Of a DNA stretch of 62,418 bases, positions 55,279 through 62,418 are shown in pieces. The position numbers were made by a program, and so were the translations under genes. The stretch spans positions 1 to 62,418 of IMG/VR virus record IMGVR_UViG_3300020043_005056; one strand, given 5' to 3'. Numbering within the stretch: position 1 is the first letter of the stretch; each line of letters opens with the position of its first letter. The notes below the pieces were generated by a model that worked only from the letters and a program-made list of their open reading frames with translations, ran no database searches and had not been told where the DNA came from. The stretch is from a virus (lineage: Duplodnaviria; Caudoviricetes).

Positions 55279-56085
55279 ATGGGAGTAGCAACAGCAGTAG
55301 CGATAGGGGGATTAGCCCTTTCGGCAGGTACAACAGCGATGTCTTTTGTTCAAGCCGGAGAACAAAAAAGCAAACAAAGAGCAGCAGAAGCAGCGGCAGC
55401 AGCGGCAATGGCTGAAGCGCGTAAAAAACTTCAAATAAATTATACTGATGAATTAGCGGTTAATAAAGAACCTTATGAACTTCAAAGAGAGGCTATGCTT
55501 GCTCAAGGCGCTCAAGCTATTGAAGCAGGTCAAGAGTCGGAAAGAGGTTCTGCTGTTACAGCAGGTAAAGTTCAAATGGCTATGAATGAAGCTCAAGCAG
55601 GTATAAGAACAGCTATGGGAGCTGAAATGACAGACATACAAAAACAACAAATTGCAGAACAAAGTAGATTAAGAGATTTAGGCGTTCAGTTAGACTTAGG
55701 GGAAGCTGAAGGAGCTCAAATGGCAGCACAGAATGCTGAACAAGCAGCTACAGCAGCTACAGCTCAAGGGATACAAGGGCTTGTATCTACAGCTCAACAA
55801 GGATTAAATATGATGCCTTTATATTTTAAAGATAGTTCAACACCTACGGGAGGAACGTCAGCAGGTTCTCCGGGAACCCAAGTAAGTTCAACTGCGGCTA
55901 AATATAGCGGGTCTAGTTTTACACCAATGGATACAGCTCTTAATCCATTAGGATTTAAACCTCAATTTACAGGAGCAAATGGAGTTGTTCCACAAGCTGC
56001 TCCAAAATTTGGAGGAACATTTAATCCAAATACAACCCAAATGTTTCCTACGTATGATGCTTTTGGAAATATAATAAAAAGATAA
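55279..56085 (+). CDS. internal virion/ejection protein 1
   Basis: Gly/Ala hydrophobic N-terminus, Ala/Gln-rich helices. Confidence 0.65.
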   Translation: MGVATAVAIGGLALSAGTTAMSFVQAGEQKSKQRAAEAAAAAAMAEARKKLQINYTDELAVNKEPYELQREAMLAQGAQAIEAGQESERGSAVTAGKVQMAMNEAQAGIRTAMGAEMTDIQKQQIAEQSRLRDLGVQLDLGEAEGAQMAAQNAEQAATAATAQGIQGLVSTAQQGLNMMPLYFKDSSTPTGGTSAGSPGTQVSSTAAKYSGSSFTPMDTALNPLGFKPQFTGANGVVPQAAPKFGGTFNPNTTQMFPTYDAFGNIIKR

Positions 56086-56088
56086 ATT

Positions 56089-57927
56089 ATGGCAGGTACT
56101 TACTATAAATATGTTGAACGAAACGCAGATGCCCAAATAAATTGGGCTGAAGTTGGTAGGGAAGCAAGCGGAATGCTTTTAGAAGTAAACCGAGTGCGCG
56201 AAGAAAAGAAAGAAGCATACAATCAGGCTACTCGTGAGGAGATGAATAACATTATGAATGCTCCTCAAGGCGAAAACCAAGATGCCAATGGCTTTATAAA
56301 TAACTATGCTCACGATATGATTAATCAAATGAAGATTGATGAGGATTTATTTAAAAGAGGTATGTTAAAAGAGAGAGACTATACTTTGAAGAGACAAAAT
56401 AATATGGATGGAACAAAAAGTTTGTTTGAAATCCAAAAATTATACCAACAAAAATACAAAGAGAAAATGGATGGTGTTTTGTCGGGTAAATTACAAGCGA
56501 TGAACATTTTTAATATGAGTATGTCTGAAGGTTATGGAGATTTTAATAATTCAAGAGCAACTATAAACCCTGCTGATGGAACTGTTGGAATCGGTCTAAT
56601 GGAAAATAAAATAATAGATGGAAAATCTGTTCGTGTTCTTTCTAAAAACATAGCGCCTGTAAATGTAATTAGAGGTAAAATTCTTCACGATGTGCCAACT
56701 TTTGATGTTGATGCAGCTACTACTAAAACAGTGACTAATTTTGGTTCTCGTAAAGATGTATTGTATAATGCTGCTACTACATTAGGTGCAGGTACTATTA
56801 CTGAGCTTATGGGTCCTGATTTTTTAGCAACTAAAAAAGACCCTACTACCCAAAAAATAGTATCAGATATGAATATAGCTATTAACGACCAAGTAGGTAG
56901 TTTTTTTGCTGCATCTCCATATAATTTAAGTTCGGTATTAACTGAAAACTTAGGTAAATATAATGCTCAATCTTTTACATTTGATAAAGATGAAGCAGAT
57001 AAAGACCCAAATAAAATACTTGTAAAAGTTGACCCAAATACCCAAATGACCACTCTTGATACCACAGGTAAGAATTACGAAGCACAAAAGAAAGAGGCTT
57101 CTGATTGGGTTAAGAGAGACATATTGAGAAAGATGGACCAAGAAAGAGGTGTTAAAACAACTACTCAAAGTGAATTGCAAGAAACAGCAGAAGCGAAAGA
57201 AAAAGCGGCATCTAAATATAGACCTAAACCTAAAGAAGAAAAAGATGCTGATACAGCCACTAATATGATTGGTAAATTATGGTATGGAAATGACAATCAG
57301 GTAAGTTCATCAATAACTTATTTTAAGGGATTAAAAAATGATAAAGGAGAGGTATTATTTAAAGATATCATAAGAGAGCCTAAAGGAATAACTGTACTTT
57401 TGGCTGATGGAACTAAAGAATATGTTGACTTTTTAGATAAAGATGGAAGACCGAAAACACAAGAAGATTTTATTGCTTCAGTAGGTCCTTTATTAGCAGG
57501 TCAATTAGATGTAAGTAAATCGTTAGAAAAGGGTTCTTATGAAAAAGGCGCTAAATTTAATGCTATATCATACGGGCGAGGAAGTACAATAGAAGAATTT
57601 ACTTTGCCTACTGATGTATTGGCAAAACCATCTCAAGAAGCGGTTTCAGACATCAGTAACGCATTACCTGAAGATTTCACAGCAAAAGACATAGGAGGAA
57701 TTACCGGAAATGAAGTTGAAATTACATCTCCTTTAGGTAAAAAATATATTGTTAAAACAAAGAGAAGTGCTGCGGCAGCAGGTACTATAGCTATGGGATT
57801 AGAAGATTTTATTAGAGCACAACAAAAAGCTATAGAAGAAAAAAGATTAAAATCTGTTAATCCAAAAACTAAAACAACTTCTACAACAACAAACTCTAAA
57901 GGGGTTGGGTCTAAATATAATAAATAA
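56089..57927 (+). CDS. internal virion/ejection protein 2
   Basis: 612 aa, lies between ejection protein 1 and the giant protein. Confidence 0.6.
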   Translation: MAGTYYKYVERNADAQINWAEVGREASGMLLEVNRVREEKKEAYNQATREEMNNIMNAPQGENQDANGFINNYAHDMINQMKIDEDLFKRGMLKERDYTLKRQNNMDGTKSLFEIQKLYQQKYKEKMDGVLSGKLQAMNIFNMSMSEGYGDFNNSRATINPADGTVGIGLMENKIIDGKSVRVLSKNIAPVNVIRGKILHDVPTFDVDAATTKTVTNFGSRKDVLYNAATTLGAGTITELMGPDFLATKKDPTTQKIVSDMNIAINDQVGSFFAASPYNLSSVLTENLGKYNAQSFTFDKDEADKDPNKILVKVDPNTQMTTLDTTGKNYEAQKKEASDWVKRDILRKMDQERGVKTTTQSELQETAEAKEKAASKYRPKPKEEKDADTATNMIGKLWYGNDNQVSSSITYFKGLKNDKGEVLFKDIIREPKGITVLLADGTKEYVDFLDKDGRPKTQEDFIASVGPLLAGQLDVSKSLEKGSYEKGAKFNAISYGRGSTIEEFTLPTDVLAKPSQEAVSDISNALPEDFTAKDIGGITGNEVEITSPLGKKYIVKTKRSAAAAGTIAMGLEDFIRAQQKAIEEKRLKSVNPKTKTTSTTTNSKGVGSKYNK

Positions 57928-57933
57928 AAGAAT

Positions 57934-60900
57934 ATGAACGAAGAAGCAATCCAAGACTCGTATAATGTATTTGTATCACAAGGATATACGAAAAGTATTG
58001 ATGAATATAAAAAATTGATAAATAGTAATCCTGAAGCGCTTAATGACTCTTATAAAGCTTTTGCAAGTCAAGGATACACTAGAAGTATTGATGATTATAA
58101 AGCATTAATGGGTATTGGAACTCAACCTAAAGTAAAAAAAAAAGACGCTACAGAATCTTCTACAAGCTCTCAGGCAAGAGCTATGGTATCGCCATCGGTT
58201 CCTACTTCATCGGTTACACAACCAATTGATGAAGAAGAAGATTATTTTACAGGAAGTTTTGGAAATGTATTAAGAGGATTTGATAATATAGTTCCATTAG
58301 GAATTGGAGACTTTGTAGATGATATGGCGCGTAGTGTTGCATCAGGATACAGACAAGGAGATGTAGCTCAAGCGGCTAACGACTTATTGTTAAAGGGTCA
58401 TAAAGCAACTCCTGAGCAATTACAAAAATTTATAGACGCAAACAAAAACGCTCAACAGATGAAACCATCTGATGAGATGAATGAATATAATAAAATCTAC
58501 GAAGAAGAAGGAAAAGGATTTTGGGGAGTTATCAAAGGATTAGTCAATAATCCAACTGTTATACCTGAGGTATTAACAAGTTCACTTACTTCAATGGCTA
58601 CAAATACCGATGCATTAAAAGCAGGAGTTGCGGCTATCGGAACAGGTGCAGCTATTGGAGCTACTACAGGAGGAACAGCAGGTGCTGTTGCAGGTTCAGT
58701 TGTACCTGTAGCAGGTACTGCGGTAGTTGGAGCAGGAGGTGCTGCTGCGGGGGCTTTAAGTGGCGCAGCATCAGCTGTTCCTTATGCATTTGGTTTAGCA
58801 AGTACTGTAGTTGAAACAGGCGCTACATTTGGAGAGCTTTTGACAGAAGAGTTGGGAGGAAAAGAAATGACAAAAGAAAATGTAAGAGCTATTCTTGAAG
58901 ACCCAAATAAATTACAATCAATTAGAAATAAAGCTATAGCTAGAGGTATAGTAATAGGAACTGTAGATGCTCTCACAGGAAAACTTGCATCAGGAGTAGG
59001 TGCTAAAATACTTTCAAAATCAGCCGCAAAATCAGCTACAGGTGTTGCTACAAGAAAAGCTGTTACTAAATCAGTCGCAACAGGAGCTGCTATTGAATCA
59101 GCAGGAGGGTCTTTGGGAGAATTTTCAGCTAGAGCTGTTACAGGTCAAGATATGGATGTATCTGAGATAGCACTTGAAGGTCTTGCTGAATTACCCGGTG
59201 GTGTTAGGTCAACCATTCAGGCTAAATTTGCCAAACCTTCATACGAAGTAAATGGTCAAAAAGTAACCGCAGAAGATATTGATGAGTTAACAAGAACAAT
59301 GACTCCTGAGCAATTATATGCTACAAAAATTGTAATAAAAAATGACTACGAAGGTAGAATGTTTAAAATACAAGATAAGGTAGTTACTAATTCAGTTAAA
59401 CAACAAGTAAGACAAGCTAACCCTGACCTTAATGAACCAAGTCTAAATGCTATTACTCAATTAGAGAAAGAATTACAAACCTTAGAAGGAAATAAAACAC
59501 AAACAGGTAAAGATAAAGCTTCTCTATTGAGAAGTAAAATCAAAGATATTCAAGAAAATCAATTAGAAGATGAGGTTGCTGCACAAACAATAGAAGTACC
59601 TGTTATTGATGAGAAAAATGGAACATTTTATATTACAAATAAAGAAGGAGTAACAAAAGGATATAAAACAAAAGCAGAAGCAGAAGCTGAATTAGAAACC
59701 CTTAAAACTAAAGATTATGCCGTTCAAGAGCAAACAACAGATGAAAGCGTGTTACGCGCAGAACAACCCGAATTGGAATTGCAAGGAGTGGGCGAAAGAA
59801 ACGCCAAACCTGAAGGAGTTACCGAAGAAACTATCACTACTGAGAAACCGGAAGAAGAAGTAGAACCAAGTATGCCTATAAAAGATGCCATAGCAGATGA
59901 GGTTGGTGTTTATTATTATAACGGAGAAAAAGGTCAGGTAAATTTAGATGGTCAGACAGTTGTGTTTGAAACCAATGATAAACTATTTGATTTAGGCAAC
60001 GTAGAAGAATTATCTGAAAATACATTAGAAGAATTTGGAATTAGCAAAGAACAAGAATTAAACTTAAAACTTAATGATGATAATAGCATTGAGTTAAACG
60101 GAAAGAAGTACAATAATAACTATAGCGACCCTGAATCAGCATTTAGTAAAGACAAAGATGGAAACTATAGTGTTACTCTCGATACCGAGAATGGTCAAAA
60201 AAGAACATTTAGAGGTCAACAAGCAGACCAAATAGTTTACGAAACAAGACTTAAAAACTTTGAAAAAAATGGAACCGAACAACAAATCGAAGAAGCCAAC
60301 GCAGCCGCAGACGAGGCTATCAGAATTGAAACAGAAGTTAGAACAACTTCCCCTGAGCGAAAGGGTAAAAGTGTTAGAAAAGCTAAACAAAGAACTTTAA
60401 AAACAGTTCAAGAGCCTTTAAGTAAAGTCGAGAGAGAACAAATTGCAGCTGAAGAAAAAAGAGTAGCAGATGAAAAAACTCAAGCTGATTTAGAAAAAAG
60501 TCAAACACCTGTTGAGGATTTTGACAATCTTACTCGCTCAGAGAATAAAGCTATTGGAGGAGAAATGGTTGAATTTTCATTTAAGGGTAGTGATGGAGAG
60601 ATTCATAAAGTAAAAACTCTTGTTGATGATGCAACAGGATATGTTGGTCTTACTCAGGTTGATGGAAAAACATTCTCAAGATTTGATAAAGAAGCCGAAG
60701 AATATTATAGAAAATTAAAACAACAAAAAATAGATTCTGAGAAAACTGACGCAGAAACTAAGAAAAAATTACAAAAAGGTAATGTAAAGCAAATAGAAAA
60801 AGATTTAGAAACAACCAAAAGAAGTTATGAGCAAAGAGATTCAGATATTTCTGTTGAGTTTTTTGAATCATTATCAGGAGGTTCTATTACAAGGCAAGAA

Positions 60901-62301
60901 ATCAATGCCGAAATACAAAAAATACCAAGATATAAAGCTGAATTAAAAGCAGAGTATGAAGCTAAAAAAGCTGAATTAGAAAAAAAATTAAAAGAAGCTA
61001 AGAGTAAGTTAGAGCCTAAGACTGAAACTAAAGTTGACGAAGTAAAAGACCTTCTTAATTTAGATACCAAGGACAAAACAAGTCTTAAAAAGGTATCTGA
61101 TTATTTAGACAGGTTGGATAAATCATTGGATATAAACCCTAACGAACTTAATGACGTAACGAGAGTTATGGCTATAGGAACAGCTAAAGCTGTTATCAAA
61201 ACATTAAAAGCTTTAGTTGATGCCGGTATTACTTTACAAGAGGCTATTAGAATTGCATCAGAGACTTATAAATTAAAAGAAGAGCAAATAGTTGAAGCCT
61301 TAGATATTGTTTCTAAATTAAATGAAAACAAAAGCGAGGGCATATCTGAACTTGAACTGAAAGGTTATAACAAGCTATCTAAAATCATAGACAGTGCAAT
61401 TTCAAACGGTAAGACGATAGATAATGTTCTTAACTATATGAATAGGTCAGAAGTATATAAAAGTGCCTCAGATGTACAAAAAGAACTATTGGTTCGTGAT
61501 GTACGTAAAAGATTTGGTTTAAAAGAAAAGTCAGCTCCATCAGTAGCAAAGTTGTTTGGTAAAGTTAAAGATATTACTAAAATAACTATGACTGAAAAAC
61601 AAGGTCTTATAAAACAAATTAAAGATACAGCAAAAGGGGCAAGAGAAGCTGTAAAAGCTTTTAAATTAGCAAGTCAGCAATTAACTAAAGATATTAAAGA
61701 ATTAAAAGAATCAGGTAAAATTACGTCTACTCAATTAGCAAATGTACTTGTTAAATTTAGTAAAGTAAATGTGCTTAATGAAGCGTCTGTGTCTAATTTT
61801 GTTGACTATATGACAAAGGTATTTGCTGATGCAGATTATGTAAATAAAATTGAAACTGCTAAAAGTAATTTAAAAATAGCTAAGAAAAATATCGTTACTA
61901 AGTTAGGTATAGCTGATGGTTTAATCCTTCCATTACAAAGATTGTTCGCAATTAATCCAACAATGATACCGGATGCTTATTTAGGGAAGTATTTAAGCTT
62001 AGTAGATATGTTCGGAAAGAGACAAGCTGTGCTTACTCTTGAAGAAAAATCTCAAATAATAAAAGATGTTCAAGAAATACTTGATGAAATAAATAATGAA
62101 AAATCTTTAGTTGATGAATTGTCTGATAGGTTTAATAACTCAGACAATAAAGTATTTACTGATGGTAAACTTGATTACGCAGCTTCATTAGAGAAAATGC
62201 TTAAAGAGGGAGACATTGACAATGATGATGTCGCACTAATGAAAAAATACAAAAAAGACATTACTCCTAAAGTAGAAAAAAGTGAATTAACAGAAGAAGA
62301 A
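57934..62301 (+). CDS. giant internal virion/ejection protein, N-terminal part (3' end lost at a chimeric junction)
   Basis: Two 31-aa N-terminal repeats, Gly/Ala hydrophobic block, long charged helices; the last 23 aa of the listed ORF are copied from gene 4094..4402. Confidence 0.8.
58134..58229 (+). other. candidate -1 frameshift site (A10) and alternative C-terminus
   Basis: GTA AAA AAA AAA GAC; the -1 frame reads RRYRIFYKLSGKSYGIAIGSYFIGYTTN*. Confidence 0.5.
59717..59863 (+). CDS. 48-aa overprinted gene in the +1 frame
   Basis: MPFKSKQQMKACYAQNNPNWNCKEWAKETPNLKELPKKLSLLRNRKKK; A-rich leader; local codon anomaly in the main frame. Confidence 0.65.
   Translation: MPFKSKQQMKACYAQNNPNWNCKEWAKETPNLKELPKKLSLLRNRKKK
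60269..60400 (+). CDS. 43-aa overprinted gene in the +1 frame
   Basis: MEPNNKSKKPTQPQTRLSELKQKLEQLPLSERVKVLEKLNKEL; A-rich leader; amphipathic helices. Confidence 0.5.
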   Translation: MEPNNKSKKPTQPQTRLSELKQKLEQLPLSERVKVLEKLNKEL

Positions 62302-62418
62302 ATTCAAGAGTGCAACCACATTACTTTTTCAGTTAACGAGTTGATGAAGGAGACAAACGTATCAGTTTCGTAAAAAACGTATCAATTCCGTAAAAAACGT
62401 AAATGAAGGAAAGTCAAA
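62302..62418 (-). repeat. 117-bp exact inverted copy of 4049-4165
   Basis: Base-by-base reverse-complement match; same C-terminal peptide IQECNHITFSVNELMKETNVSVS. Confidence 0.95.

Noticed and set aside
607-61076. Short opposite-strand or alternative-frame ORFs in the track (e.g. 607..789, 8967..9218, 22766..23131, 38340..38774, 43148..43486, 60825..61076)
   Set aside because: They shadow long genes with clear motifs, mostly lack the A-rich ATG leader and show no protein-like features.
62302-62373. Shared C-terminal domain between the giant protein and 4094..4402
   Set aside because: Identity is exact at DNA level and extends into non-coding sequence to the window end, indicating a chimera rather than homology.
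1-62418. Stop-codon reassignment as in some crAss-like phages
   Set aside because: Genes tile densely under the standard code, and TAG, TGA and TAA all end well-supported genes (for example TAG for the capsid gene).
1-62418. Prophage or temperate lifestyle
   Set aside because: No integrase, partition genes, CI/Cro pair or flanking host genes were recognised.

Overview
The window is a nearly complete, AT-rich genome of a tailed dsDNA phage with a podovirus-type structural module. The host is very probably a Bacteroidota (flavobacterial) bacterium, judged from TAnnTTTG -7 promoters and A-rich (AAATC)nATG leaders without Shine-Dalgarno sequences. Two arms diverge from a non-coding repeat block at ~21.3-21.95 kb. 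The minus arm (21.3 to 2.7 kb) carries small early genes, an amidoligase plus class II glutamine amidotransferase pair, MazG, HNH, Sak3/exonuclease/SSB recombination genes, a primase-helicase, an SF2 helicase, VRR-NUC and two DnaA domain IV-like proteins. The plus arm carries GroEL/GroES, small late proteins, head spike, lysis genes, tail fibres, terminase, portal, scaffold, major capsid, tail ring/nozzle and three ejection-type proteins. The last of these is split across the window ends, and the final 117 bp are an inverted copy of 4049-4165 (a likely chimera). I recognised no DNA polymerase, RNA polymerase, integrase, methyltransferase, reverse transcriptase, CRISPR array or complete tRNA. 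The most interesting signals are absent from the ORF track: a probable -1 frameshift isoform and two +1 overprinted genes inside the giant virion gene; a T4 gene 32-type pseudoknot ahead of the SSB gene; several structured non-coding RNAs, including a minimal tRNA-like element; twin origin-like modules; and small late proteins sharing one peptide motif. All product calls come from motif recognition by eye, not from database searches.
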